A stretch of 64,000 nucleotides of DNA from Sphyrna mokarran. Taxonomy: Eukaryota. Location: assembly GCA_024679065.1 (NCBI GenBank), contig JAGIQG010000013.1:35464001-35528000 (forward strand). Reading direction: 5' to 3'. Of this stretch, positions 11,749 through 26,700 are shown piece after piece. Below the pieces are notes generated by a model that ran no database searches, was not told where the DNA came from, and was given only the letters and a program-made list of their open reading frames with translations. Position 1 is the first letter of the stretch, and each line of letters starts with the position of its first letter. Position numbers and translations under genes: made by a program.

Positions 11749-14700
11749 CTAGAGAAAAAAAAACACATAACAAGTTAGAAATAGTAACAGTCTTTGAAAC
11801 ATTGGAAACATAATCACAGACACATTCAATCTGAAATGGAGGCTAGAACTTTTAAACAAATTTTTTCATCTAGTTAACTTTGAGCTACAACTCCAGGATT
11901 TTCAACTGTACAGCAAAGAATCAAATTAGAATATAACCTGAGTTATATCAGGACACGTTATTCAATGGGGAAGTGTAAGCCATTGAATTTATTATAATAA
12001 CGAAGGCAACTTCTCAGTTTTGAAATACTGCAGTTAAAACCATACATCAAGATTTTCCTTGTCCCAGAGGGGATGATTTTAGTTTTCAATACCAAATAAG
12101 AATTTGGATTATAAGAAAATGTACTATTCTTATTTATTGTTAAGCATTCAATTTGCACACATTGGTCCCTATTTTACCATTTTGAATCTAAGTGCCAATT
12201 CTGGGCATAATACAAAATCTGATTTAGAAATCCACTTTCAGGTGTCCCCATACGGTCTCAGCCATCTCCAGTTCGATTCACGCTGTGGGCAGGGCTTAGC
12301 ACAGCCAAAACAATCAATCAGAGCTCTGAACTGCGCATACACAATTGGAAAAAAATTTTGAAATAGCGCCTGTGTCAGATCGCTCCCCAACCGCAGAAAG
12401 TAGAGAAAGTGGTTTGGGAGTGAAAAGTGGGAGCACTGATCCATGTACACACAGTAACTATCCTCCTTATCCACCTCCCCACTACCCAGACACATCACTG
12501 TTCCCCTTATTCAGCCCCCCACTACCCAAACACATCACTGTCCCCCTTATCCACTCCCCACTACCCAGACCACTTCAGCAACTGGAACACCTGATTCAGA
12601 CTTATATTTAGCAGGTCCATTATAGCACGGTTCCGGATTGGCAAATGCAGTGGTAAAGGGGGAAAATGCTGATTGAATTAATAAACTGACTGCTCAATTC
12701 TATTTAAATACATGCAAATTCCCCCAAAAATTCCCAATAGGCCCTGCATTTTAATCTATTAAATATTAAGGGTTGCTCACACAAGGTGGCACAGTGCCAG
12801 AGACCCGAGTTTGATTCTCGGCTTGGGTCACTGTCTGTGCAGAGTCTGCACATTGTCCCCATGCCTGTGTGGGGTTTGTATGTTCTCCCTGTGTCTGCGG
12901 GGGTTTCCTCCAGGTGCTCCTGTTCCCTCCCGCAGTCCGAAAGATGTGCTAGTTAGATGCATTGATTATGCTAAATTCTCCCTCAGTGTAACTGAACAGG
13001 TACGAGAGCATGACGACTAGGGGATTTTCACAGTAACTTCATTGCAGTGTTAATATAAGCTTACTTGTGACACTAAAAAATAAATTTTAAATATTCTATA
13101 TCGCAGTACTTCTTATGTAAAGGATGAAATGATTTCCATTTATAAAGTACTTTACCACATCCAAACAATCATTTTGTTTGAGGTTCTGTGCCAATAATGG
13201 AGAAGTTAGTTGATGGATTTTCTTGTACAGTGAAGGAAAAGTACTGAGAGCTACTTAAAACTGTACCTGCACTACCTGTTCTTTAATTTTGTATGGCCTT
13301 GGTGACAAATGGTGGTAAATTTAACGAAGAATAAGAGGGAGAAAAATGTTCCTTTTCCTAGGAGAATCCTCAGGTAACATGGAGAGGACATCAGCTTATC
13401 TAGATTTGCACTCTCTTCAGTAGCTACATCAAGAAGTCGAGAAAGATGTAACAGTCTTAATAGACTCAACATTTAATATTTTAACCAATGCAAAACAGCA
13501 GTCAGTAATAATCACAAATATATAAACCATACTTTCAGTTCATTGCCTGATTTTCATAACTGAGGAATAAGGGAAGTATTTCTGCAGTTGGGTTTAGGTC
13601 GAGAGCCACAAAACTAATCCCCATTCTGGGGGTCTTAAATAGAGGAAATATTGGAGCAACATGGGCTTTTCGGTCTTAGTAAGAGACATAGAAAACTAAA
13701 AGTTAGGAAACCTTTAGATTAGGCTTACATATCAAATCTGTCCCTTTCCGTCCAGCTAAGTACCATAACAAACTTTTCACTGTGACATCTATGTTGTTTT
13801 TCCCCCTCGTTCTTTGCACCAAACAATGTCTCTTCTTCATAATTCCATTCATCACACTCTCTATCCTCCAAAATTGCTGCCCTCTGATTCACCCTTAATC
13901 TCTCTCCCCATATAAACACTCTAATCCCTGTTTATGGCCAATTAGAAGCTTAATAGCTTGAGAGGAAAAACAGGTCGCAATAGAAGGTAAATTAGAGAGA
14001 GAGGACACATCAAGATTTTTGCACCTTCTCTCCAACTTCTTTCAATGATTAAAAAATAGATTCAATAGCCAGATCACCATAGTCTGTGTAATTTTGGGGG
14101 AGGGGGGCTGTGGGTTGGGGTGATTTTGGGAAAGGTGAGGTGGTGGAGAGGCATTGTGGAGAGGGCTCTCTCCTTCTCCGGACACCAGGAGCTGCTCCAG
14201 GCAGACACACTGGGCCTCTAGATGTTTTTTTTCAAAAAATATACTTTATTCATAAAAATCTCAAATAAATCATGCAATTTACATGTCTTTGAATTGTAAA
14301 CAGTGCAGAATTAAAACTTTTTCAACTTAGTCATAACATTTCAAACTTACAACTATATACATGCCTCAAAAATTTCTGGCACACAGTTACGCAGATAGAG
14401 GGTATTCTGCAGTAACTGGACCGGGGCCTTGGTCTGCCTCCATTAAAAGGCCTTATAATGTGGCCTTTCCCCATCATGCCTTTGCGGTGGCTGCCCCAAG
14501 CTTCAGCGCGTCCCTCAGCACGTAGTCCTGGACTTGGAATGTGCCAGTCTACAACACTCAGTCGAGGACAGTTCTTTCAACTGGAAGATCAGCAAGTATC
14601 GGGTGGACCAAAGTGCGTCCTTCACCGAGTTGATGACCTTCCAGCAGCAGTTGATATTTGTCTCAGTGTGCGTCCCCGGAAACAGCCCGTATAGCACAGA

Positions 14701-17700
14701 GTCCTGCGTCACCGAGCTGCTCGGGATGAACCTCGACAAATACCAGTGCATCTCACTCCAGACCTTCTTTGCAAAGGCACATTCCACAAAGAGGTGTGCG
14801 ACCATCTCATCAGCCCCGCAGCCGCTTCAAGGGCAGCGTGCGGTGCTGTTGAGACCTCGAGCTTACTTAAAAAGACCTGATGGGGAGTGCCCTTCTCACC
14901 ATCAGCCAAGCCAGATCTTGATGCTTGTTTGAGAGTTCTGGTGGTGAGGTGTTCTGTCAGATGACACTGACAGACTGCTCAGGGAACCATCTGACAGGGT
15001 CCATCATCTCCTTTCTCTCAGGGCCTTGAGGAGATTATGTGCCAGACCCATCCCCCGCAACACTCGGGACAAGTAGAACCTCAAAAAGTAGTGGCACTTG
15101 CTGTTGGGGTACCAAGGATCTACGCGTAGCTTGATGCAGCTGCACACAAAGGTGGCCTTCAGGATAAGGACAGTGTTGGAAACGTTTTTCCCTCTGTTCT
15201 CTGGAGATTTGTACATCGCTTCCCTCCAGACACGATCCATCTTTGACCTCCAGATGAACTTGAAGACTGGGCCTCTAGACCTATTTAAAGTATTGGCTCT
15301 CTCAGCCTGCCATTCCTTCCAAGTGCCTAAACCAATCCCGGCCAGTTAACATTCTTTGATTAGCATCATAATGAGTCTGATCAGCTAAAGTCATCTGTGG
15401 CCGGTAGCCCTAATGGACTTTTATGTAGAGGTGAGATGTAGCTTGTGGGGCTTATTTATGGTCTTGGCTGCCTCTGACCCCATGGGGGGGCAAAATTTCA
15501 TCCTACAGTCTTTCCCCTCAATAACGAACGTATGATGTCTTCTTATCTGATCCTTCACCTTTCCAGGAAATCTCTAATGACAAGTTGGAGCATCAAAAAC
15601 ATTTCAATATCCAATTATATAGCTGAGTGGCCTTGTAACTTTTCAAATGGCCAATTACCTAGGCTCAGTTATCATTTCATCCTTGTTTCATGATTGCAGG
15701 CACCAAAGTTATTAATACAAGGGAGAGGCTCAAACGGGAGATGCTGAACCTCCACATGTGTCCTCCAGCTGAAAATATGCCAGTCATGAAGGGTAGAAGA
15801 CTTCCCCTGTCTTTTGAGACTCTGGAAAGATCACGGATTTGCCACTGTGTGGTAATGTTTGAGCAGTATGCATTCTGGAATATCTGTTTTTTCCAGGGGA
15901 GCTCAGAGCTCCCTCTATTAAAGATTCTAATCGCTGCTGTGGCCTCTTCAGAAGTAGCATAGCTATGGTTCAAAGATCCAAGTGTATAATCTTCAGGGAG
16001 TTTCCATGCTGGCAGGCCATCAGAGCAAACATCTGATGCAGAGCTGACACAATCCCACAGCAGCCACGTGATCTGTTGACAGAGGCCGTGGCAGGAGCAA
16101 AATGATAAAAAGAGAAGTTCTCCTTGTCCCTCTGGTCTTGCTGAGTTCAAAGGGCAGCTACTTATAATTACTTAAATGAGTTGAAATTGCAAGTATCACC
16201 AAAACCTCAAGTGCACCAGGAGAGGATTTTTAGTCTCATGTTCTAACCACAATGCAAAATCCAGATAAGAAATTATAAAACTCCATCTTCCTGATTTAAC
16301 AAAGACAAACAATACATTGCCACAAACATACATTTTAGCTGAAATGCACTCCTCAAATACTGCTACCCGAAAAAGTACAACTCTTTCTGGTTTCAATAAT
16401 TCCATTGCACCTTATTGAATTATGTTATTACTACAATAGGAACAGAGTGATGATTAAAGCAGAATGTGACTGCTATAGTAATGATACATAGCATGTAATC
16501 AACACAGCTTTTTGAATCATTTTGTGCACTCCCAGATGATATTATGGTAGAACTACTTTAATCATGAGGCTAAGATTTGGTTCATGTTTTTGGAGCCCTG
16601 AGGCTATCTCTATGTTGCCTATATCTTAATAAAGCCATGAATTACATGTCACTAATATGGCTGTGCACGAATGAAATCACAACCGGCTTTTGATATAAAT
16701 TTAGTAAACATTCATTTACTTTTTTGAAAAATCCGTTTTCTAAATTTCTGAATTTGGAAAAATTTTTTTTTCCCATTCAGAGCAAACCTTTAGGGTTAAT
16801 AATAGTTATTTAACCAGTACTTGATTATTGTTTCAGTCTATTAAAGAGGGGTAGAGTAAGACACTTGGGGGAAAATGCTATGACATTCATGGAACTGGAA
16901 TTAATGTTGAAGTTGGTGACAAAAAAAATGTTCATTATTATTGTGGAAAATGCTACAAAAATCACAGCAGGTCTGACAGCATGTGAAGAGAGAGTAGAGT
17001 GAAAGTTCCAAGTCTGGATGACCCTTCGACAGAACTGCACTGATGAAGGGTGATCAAGGCTCCACATGTTGGTTTTGTTCTCTCTCCACAGATTCTGTCA
17101 GACCTGCTGAATTTTTCCAACATTTTCTGTTGTTGTTTCAGATCCCAGCATCCGCAATCTTTTGTTTCCTTCATAATTATTGCACTTCGCAAGACTTCAG
17201 AACATCCTTACATGCTTCACAACCAATTAAATATTTTTGAAGCTGGACATTGTTGTTATTTAGGAAAATAACTCTTATCCTTCTCATGGGCAATTAAAAG
17301 TGAACAATAAGTGCTGGCCTTGCCAGTGATTCTTGCATCATATTCCAATGAATAAATAATAAAGATGTCATCTACAGCAGAGCCCGGAATCATTCTTGTA
17401 CGAAATTTCATATTTCATAGGTGTGAATGTTAGCGAGGCACATTAGACTCAAACCTTAGGCTGTCTTCCATTATTGAGCTCACTTTCACCACTCGTTTCA
17501 AATAGACTCTGAAAAGCTCAGTTTCTACTTTCACTTACAATCTTATTTTCCTTTCAATGACCCTAGATTGCCTCAAGGATACCTCAAGTATGAATCTGAA
17601 ATGACTCCTAGAGTAATCGCAAGGATGACCCTTAGAGTGACCCCCAACAGCAACTTCCTCACACACTCCAGAACAAAGGAAAGTGCATTTCTGTTTAATA

Positions 17701-20700
17701 GACAGTGGTTCCACATTTCACCTCCAGTTTCAAACCTCAATCTCCCTCTATATTTAGACATAACTAAACGAGTGTCTGTGGTAAAGCAAACATCTTGCAC
17801 ATCCTTGAAATTCTGCTTTGCAAATATTATCTGCTGATGACAATATTGGGTTGCCCTGTCAGGATATTTCTTTGTCATTTTCCAGTTAAAGAAGTCAAAT
17901 GCAGGAAAATGGAAAATCCAAGTATTGTGGTGACTGGTTGCAAATCCTCTGACTCCATCATCATGATACAGCGGTTCACTTGGTAACAATGCAGATTGAC
18001 AAAACCCAGGCAAGTCTGCAACTTTCAGAACTTGCAGCCAACTGACCTAACCTTAACTGTGAGCCTGGTAAACTGAAACTCTAGGGGAACCTTTAACACT
18101 AACCACTCAGCGGAAACCAGCTAGATCAGCAGAGAACAATACTGACCACATTGTGTATCTGCCCAATGCTGCAAGAAGCTGAGGAAAGTAGATGCTTCAG
18201 GTGAATGAAAGACAGTAAGGCATGGAGCCAGAGCCAAAAGAATCCCTCACATCTAAGGGTCTTTATATTCCCCTTTACGATAGGAGCAATAACATTGCTT
18301 CTCCAGAGATCACAAGGAAAATATCGGCCTTCTTGCCAAATTGATGGTTTTTTTCTCAACTATGGGATTCCCTGCTACAAAATCCCCAAAGCTGAATCAG
18401 ATTTTCTGCTGCTTTCTGCTGACTCCCTGCCAATTATAGGCAGGTAAGTTACCCAGTGAGATTTAAATTACGCTAGGGAGTTAAAACAGATGCATTCTGG
18501 ACCAGCAGGTAAGCATCTAAATTACCTTCCTATGGCCCCAATCAAAGATCTCCTTAATAACATCAGGGGGCTTGTGCTAAAATTGGGAGAGCTACCTGTT
18601 CAAGCTACTCAGGCATCACCATCACTATTTCTTGCCTCACCGGCTGGACAGACCCAACAGAGATGGCAGCCCAGTGGTGTAGACTCAGGAGGGAGTTGCC
18701 CTGGGAATCCTCAACATCAACTCTGGACACCATAAAATCTCTTGGCACCACATCAACTATTGGCAAGGAAACCTCCTGCTGATTACCAAGTAATATTCCC
18801 CCCCTTAGCTAATGAATCAGTATTTCTCCACATTGAACACCACTTGGCAAGGGCACAGAATGTGCTCTGGGTGGGGACTTCAAATGTCCATCATCAATTG
18901 TGGCTTGGTAGTGCCATCACAGATTGGGCTGGTCAGGTCCTAAAGGACAGAGCTGTTAGACTGGGATTATGGCAGGTGCTGAGAGAACCAAGCAGGTTAA
19001 ACCTACTTGACCACATCCTTACCAACTTGCCTCCCACAGGGGCAATTGTCCATGACAGATTTGATAAGAATGATGTTGCACTGTCACATTGAGGATATTC
19101 TCCATTGTGTTGTGTAACCCTACCACTGTGCTAAATGGGACAGACTTGGAACAGATAGAGCAACTCAAAACTAGGCATCCATGAGTCACTGTGAGTCATC
19201 AACAGCAATGGAATAATGCTCAACCACAACGTACAACCTCATGGCCTGACATATACGTTTTCGTTGGTTACCAACATTTTCGTTGGTTACGGGTGTGGTT
19301 CCAGAGGACTGGAGGATAGCGAATGTGGTCCCGTTGTTCAAGAAGGGGAAGAGAGACCTTCCAGGGAATTATAGGCCAGTGAGTCTTACTTCTGTTGTGG
19401 GCAAAGTATTGGAGAGAATAATTAGGGATAGGATTTATAGTTATTTAGAGAGTAATGAATTGATTGGAGATAGTCAGCATGGTTTTGTGAAGGGTAGGTC
19501 GTGCCTTACTAACCTCATTGAGTTTTTTGAAAAAGTGACTAAGGAGGTGGATGGGGGTAAGACGGTTGATGTGGTATATATGGACTTTAGTAAGGCGTTT
19601 GATAAGGTGGCCCATGGAAGACTTCTGCAGAAAATGCAGATGTATGGGATAGAGGGTGATTTAGCTAATTGGGTTAGGAATTGGCTAGCAGATAGAAGAC
19701 AGAGGGTGGTGGTTGATGGGAGATATTCATCTTGGAGTTCGGTGACAAGTGGTGTACCTCAGGGGTCTGTTTTGGGGCCCCTGCTGTTTGTAATTTTTAT
19801 AAATGATCTGGATGAGGGTATTGAAGGATGGATTAGTAAATTTGCAGATGACACTAAAGTCGGTGGAGTGGTAGATAGTGAAGAGGGGTGTTATAGTTTG
19901 CAGAGGGACTTGGACAAGTTGCAGAGCTGGGCCGAGAGGTGGCAAATGGAGTTTAATGTGGAAAAGTGTGAGGTAATGCACTATGGCAGAAATAATAAAT
20001 GTGTAGAGTATAGGGCAAATGGTAGGATTCTTAGTAGTCTAGATGAACAGAGGGATCTTGGTGTGTACGTGCATAGATCCCTGAAAGTAGGCAGTCAAGT
20101 CGAGAAGGTTGTTAAGAAGGCATATGGAGTCTTGGCTTTTATTGGTAGGGGGATTGAATTTCGGAGCCGCAACGTCATGTTGCAACTGTACAAAACTCTA
20201 GTGCGGCCGCACTTGGAGTATTGTGTGCAGTTCTGGTCCCACATTATAAGAAAGATGTGGAGGCATTGGAGAGGGTACAGAGGAGGTTTACCAGGATGTT
20301 GCCTGGTATGGAGGGCAGGTCTTATGAGGAGAGGTTGAAGGATTTGAGGTTGTTTTCGTTAGAAAGGAGGCGGCTAAGAGGGGACCTTATCGAAACATAT
20401 AAGATGATTAGAGGTTTAGATAGGGTGGACAGTGATAGCCTTTTTCCTAGGATGGAGAAAGCTAGCACGAGGGGACACAGCTTTAAATTAAGGGGTGATA
20501 GTTATAGGACGGATATCAGAGGTAGGTTCTTTACCCAAAGGGTGGTTCGGGAGTGGAATGCCCTGCCTGCAGCAGTTGTAGATGCGCCAAGTTTGGTGGC
20601 GTTTAAGAGGTTAGTTGATAAGTATATGGAAGAGAAGGGAATGGTTTAGTTTGGAGGGGCATTGCTTTTTATATTGGTCGGCGCAACATCGAAGGCCGAA

Positions 20701-23700
20701 GGGCCTGTTCTGTGCTGTAATGTTCTATGTTCTATGTTCTATATACCTGACTCTATCACTATCATCATGCCAGGGGATCAATCCTGATTCAATTAAGAGT
20801 GCAAGAGGACATGTCAGGAGCAGTAACAAGTGTACCTAAAAACTAGGTGTCAATCTAGTGAAGTTACAAAACAGGACTACTTGCATGCCAAACAACATAA
20901 ACAGAAAGTAATAGACAGAGTTAAATGATTAATTTAAGGGGCAGCATGGTTATGCAGTGTTTAGCGCTGCTGCTTCATAGAGCCAGGGACCTGGGTTCAA
21001 TTCCAGCTTGGGTCACTGTGTGGACTTTGCATATTCATTTCATTTCTAAGTGGGTTTCCTACAGGTACTCCAGTTTCCTCCCACAGTTCAAAGATGGATT
21101 GGCCATGCTACTTTGGTTTTTAAAGGTATGTAGGTTAAGGAAATAGCCATAGTAAATGTGAGGGGCTAGGGTTCGGGGTGCTCATGGCTGGATGCTCTTT
21201 CACAGGCAATACCAAATGGCCTCCTTCTACAGTGTAGGGATTCTATGATTTCATAAATAATGGCTCAGGTCTAAGCTCTGCAGTCCAGCCTCATCCAATC
21301 ATGAATGGTGGTGGATAGTAAACAACTCATTGAAGGGGGAGACTCCACAAAGGTTTCCATCCTGAATGATGGGGGGAGCCCAGCATATCAGTGCAAAAGA
21401 TAAGGCTGAAGCATTCACAACCATCTTCAGCCAGAAGTGCCGAGTGATGATCCATCTCAGCCTCCTCCGCAGATCCTCAGAATCATAGATACCAATCTTT
21501 AGCCAATTTGATTCACTCCATACGATAGCAAGAAATGGCTGAAGGCACTAGATACTGCAAACGCTATGGGCCTTGTCAATATTCCAACAATAATCCTAAA
21601 GACTTGCTCCAGAACTTGATGGGCCCCTATCCAAGCTATTCCAGTACAACTACAACATTGACATCTGCCTGGCAATGTGGAAAATTGCCTAGGTATGTCC
21701 CCTACGCAAAAAGCAGGGCAAATGCAATCCAGCCAACTACTGCCCCATCAGTCTACTGTCAATCATCAGGGAAGCGAGGGAAGGAATCATCAACAGTGTG
21801 GTCATCAAGTGGAACTTGCTTAGCAATAACCTGCTAACTAATTGTTTGAGTTCTGCCGGGGTCACTCAGCTCCCAACCTCATTACAGCCTTGGTTCAAAC
21901 ATGGACAGAAGAACTGAATGCCCGAATGGAAGTGAGAGTGACTGCCCTTGGCATCAAGACAACATTTGACTGAGTGTGGTACCAAGGAGCTCTAGCAAAA
22001 CTGGAGTCAACGGGAGTCAGGGGAAAACTCTCCATTGGTTGAAGTTGTGCCTGACACAAAGGAACATGGATATGGCTGTTGAAAATCAAACATCTCAGCT
22101 CCAGGACATTATTGCAGAGATTGCTCAGGTTAGCATCCTAGGCCCAACAATCTCAGTTACTTCATCCATGACCTTCCTTTCATCATACGGTCAAAAGTGG
22201 GGATGTTTGCTGATGACTGCATGATGTTTAACACCATTCATAATTCTTCAGATGCTGAAGCAGTCCATATCCAATTGCAGCAAGACCTGGACAATATCCA
22301 GGTTTGGGCTGACAAGTGGCTGAACATTCGTGCCATCTAAGTGCCAGTCAATGACCATCTTCAGTAGGAAATGATCTAACTATGCTGCTCTGCAGTAATT
22401 CATCAAAAATCCTTAGACAGCACTTTCCAAACCCACAACCCTTTCCATCTAGAAGAACAAGGGCAGCAGATAAATGGGAATAGCACCATCTGCAAGTTCC
22501 CCTCGAAGCCATTCACCACCCTGACTTGGAAATATATCACCATTGCTTCACCGTTACTGGGTCAAAATCCTGGAATTCCTGCTCTAACGGCATTGTGGAT
22601 CAACCCACAGCACGTGAACTGCAATGATTCAAGGGGTGGCTCACCATCACCTTCTCAAAGGCAACTTGGGATGAGCAATAAATGCTGGTCAGCCAGCGAC
22701 CCCCATGTCCCACGAAAAAAAAATCTTCATTGAAACTCCTTTTATCAACATCCTGGGATTTACCATTGACCAAAACCTGAACTGGACCAGCCATATAAAT
22801 ATTGTGATTACCAGAGAAGGTAACTAACCTCGTGGTTAGTGACTCACCTCCTGACTTCCCAAAGCCTGTTTACCATTTATAAAGGCACAAGTCTGAATGT
22901 GATGGAACACTCTCCACTTGCCTGAATGAGTGCAGTTCCAATAAAACTCAAGATGTGGGAGATTTTAATCTCCCTAGGGTGAATTGGAAAGTACCTACAG
23001 CTGGGGGTTTGGACAGGCAGGAATTTGTAACAGGATCATTGGAGCAGTATGTGGCTAGCCCGACGAGAGAAGGGGCTATATTAGATTTAGTTCTGAGTAA
23101 TGAGCCAGGGCAGGTGGTTGATGTTGTAGTGTGGGAACATGCGGCTAACAGTGACCACAATTCTGTCCACTTTCGGATACAGATGGAAAAGGATGCTTGT
23201 TGCCCTAGGGGCAGGGTGCCGAATTAGGGGAAGGCTAACTACGGTCGGATTAGGCAGGAACTTACGGAAACTGATAGGGAACGGTTGTTCGAGGGTAAGT
23301 CCACAGTAGGCATGTGAGAATCTTTCAAGGGAGTACTGAAAATGTTGCAAGATAAATATGTGCCGGCCAAGAGGAAAGATGGGAAAGGTAGGATTAGAGA
23401 GCCGTGGATTACTAGGGATATTGAGGACTTGGTTAGGAAGAAAACAGAGGCATATGATAGGTCAAAGCAGCTAGGAACGGAGACAGCATTGGAGGAATAT
23501 AGAGAGAGTAGGAGGGAGCTCAAACGGGGAGTTAGAAGGGCAAAAAGGGGGCATAAAATGATTTTGGCGGATAGGATTAAGGAAAACCTAAAGACTTTTT
23601 ACTCCTAGGTTAGGAATAAAAAGGTGGTTACAGGAAAAATCGGACCTTTTAGGGACATAGGAGGGGAACTGTGCTTAGAGCCGGAGGGAATGGCGGAGAT

Positions 23701-26700
23701 CCTGAATGAATAATTTGCATCGGTATTCATGAAGGAGAGAGGCTTGTTGACAGCTCCTGTCTCTGAGGGAGCTGTGGACCAGTTGAGGGAAATATCCATA
23801 CCGAGGGAGGAAGTGTTAGAGCTTCTAGGTAGCATTGAAACTGATAAATCTCCAGGGCCTGATGGCATTTATCCCAGGCTGCTTAGGGAGGTGTGAGGTG
23901 AAATTGCTGGGCCTCTGACACAAATCTTTGTCTCTTCTTTGGACACAGGTGAGGTCCCAGAGGACTGGAGAATAGCTAATGTTGTACCATTGTTTAAAAA
24001 GGGTAGTAGGGATAACCCTGGAAATTATAGGCTGGTGAGTTTGATGTCAGTGGTAGGGAAGCTGTTGGAGGGGATTCTTAGAGATAGGATGTATAGGCAT
24101 TTAGAGCATTGCAATCCGATTAGGGATACGCAGCATGGATTTGTTAAGGGGAGGTCGTGCCTTACAAATCTGGTAGAATTTTTTGAGGAGGTGACGAAAA
24201 TGGTGGACGAAGGGCGAGTCGTTGATGTCGTCTATATGGATTTTAGTAAGGCGTTTGACAAAGTCCCTCATGGGAGGTTAGTTGAGAAGATCAAGGCTAA
24301 TGGGATACAAGGACAGGTAGCTAGATGGATAAGTAACTGGCTTGGTAATAGGAGACAGAGAGTAATAGTGGAAGGGTGTTTTTCTAGCTGGAGGTCGGTC
24401 ACTAGTGTGTGCCGCAGGGCTCGGTACTGGGACCTCTTCTATTTGTAATATATATAAATGACTTGGAAGAGGGAGTAAGTGGAGTGATCAGCACGTTTGC
24501 AGACGATACAAAGATGGCTGGACTTGCGGATAGTGAGGAGCATTGTCAGGCGATGCAGCAGGACATAGATAGGCTGGTAGCTTGGGCAGACAGATGGCAG
24601 ATGGAATTCAATCCTGATAAATGTGAGGTGATGCATTTCGGGAGAAAGAATGTAGTGGGGAGGTATATGATAAAGGGTAGACCTATTAAGAGTATAGAAA
24701 CGCAGAGGGACCTGGGGGTGCCGGTGAACAAGTCTCTGAAGGTGGCAGAGCAAGTGGAGAAGGTTGTGAAGAAAGCATATAGTATGCTAGCCTTTATAGG
24801 AAGGGGTATAGAGTACAAGAGCTGGCCCTTAATGTTGCAGTTGTATAAAACATTGGTTAGACCTCATTTGGAATACTGCATCCAGTTCTGGTCACCTTAC
24901 TACTGGAAGGACGTGGAGAGTCTGGAGAGAGTGCAGAGGAGGTTTACCAGGATGCTGCCTGGTATGGAAGGTCTGAGTTACGAGGCAAATTGGGACTGTT
25001 TTCCTTAGAAAGACGTAGACTTAGAGGAGATCTAATAGAGGTGTACAAGATTATGAGGGGTATAGATAGAGTAAACAGGGTTAAGTTTTTTCCTAGGATG
25101 GACTCGAATGGCACAGGGGGTCACAGGCTTAGGGTGAGGGGGGTAAGGTATAATTTGGATGCTAGAGGGAGTTTTTTTCCCACACAGAGGGTGGTGGGGG
25201 GTATGGAATGCGCTGCCAAGTAAAGTGGTGGAGGCAGGCACTCTGGAGTTATTTAAGAAATACTTAGATAGGCACATGAACAGAATGGGAATGGAGGGGT
25301 ATAGAAAACTGATTTAAAATAGGAATCATGAGCCTTGGGAGTCCCTGGGAAGTATGTAAATAGATGATGATATAGATGTACTTGTTTTTATCCTACAGGT
25401 GTTTTGGTTCACCTTGTTGTCTAATGAGAGGCATACATGCGATGGGTTGTGAGTGGGCTGCACTTGGATTTTTTTTTCAAGAGTATCCTAGTGCTTCACG
25501 TCATTAGTGTACGCTTGACCTGGACCATTTGATGGGCAACACGATAGCTCAGTGACTATCTCTGTGCTGTGCAAATACATGGATTTGGGCCTGTGTCTGT
25601 GGGAGTTTGCGCATTCTCCCGTGCTTGCGTGGCTTTTCTCCGGGTGCTCTGGTTTCCTCCCACATCCCAAAAATGTGCTCTTAGGCTAACTGGCAAAACA
25701 AATTCTCCCTAAATTGTCTCAAATTTGTTTTTTTATTCCATAGATCTATAAACATGGACAGGGATTGCGGGTAGAGATGGGAACATTGGGGTGGTGGCAT
25801 GGGCTCGTTGGGCTGAAGGGCCTGTTTCCCGTGCTGTTTTGTTCTTTGTACTATAAAGGACAAAGCAGCCCACTTGATTGTGAAAGATGTAACAATCATT
25901 CAATAGTTCCACCATCAATGAGCAGTGGTAGCCCTGTGTACCACTTACAAGATGCACTGCAGGAACTCACCAAGATACCAAATTCATGACCACTACCATC
26001 TAAAAGTACAAGAGCAAATGTCACCTGGGAACACCATCACCTGAGGGTTCCCCAAGTCACTCACCATCCTGACCTGGAAATATATTGCCATTTCTTCAAG
26101 TCGCTGGGTCATAAATCCTGGAATACCCTTCCTAATAGCACTGTGGGTGCAGCTCAGTGACTGCTGCAGTGACTGCAGAAAGCAGCTCACAACTACCTTC
26201 TGAAGGGCAACTAGAATTAAGCAATAAGTGTTGACCTAGCCAGTGACATCCCATAAAATGAAATATTAAAATCCACCTCTAGTTTAAAGTCTAGATTTCA
26301 CTATCAATTCAATATATTACAGTCAAAAGCAGAATAAAACTCACTCTATCATGATCTGCTGAGTGAATTCAGTATGACCTCGGGAAGGTACCTTTTACAA
26401 CATTAGTGTGCCATTTTTCTCCTGTGAAAGCAAGATTACTGATTTTAAATCAATTAGTGATGAATTATATGAAGCTCTGTGTGTTGAGCTGAAAGGCACT
26501 CAGAACTGAATTGAGCCTGTTTGTGTTCTCTGTTGATTTTATGACAGGCCCTTACAGTCAAAAGACAGAGGAGCCTTTATTCCTATTAACTTCAGCTAAA
26601 TTCAAACCAATTTCCCAGAGATGAAAGGCAGTATGCTAACTCAGTTCTTCAATATTATATATTCCTCATTAGGGCAAGTTTCTATCATCAATTTACATTC

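Larger units (their letters stand above)
18560..26255 (+). mobile_element. Old degenerate non-LTR retrotransposon (CR1/L2 group), fragmented by younger insertions
   Basis: APE remnants (QNVLWVG, NLLDHILTNLP) and RT remnants (MFADDC near 22203); pieces at about 18560-19256, 20741-20925, 21255-22390, 22725-22953 and 25858-26255. Confidence 0.75.

Noticed and set aside
15677-18013. Minus-strand ORFs 15677-16150 and 17573-18013 as a missing eighth Ig exon
   Set aside because: No C...W...DxGxYxC pattern and no convincing splice sites; the first looks like decayed transposon sequence.
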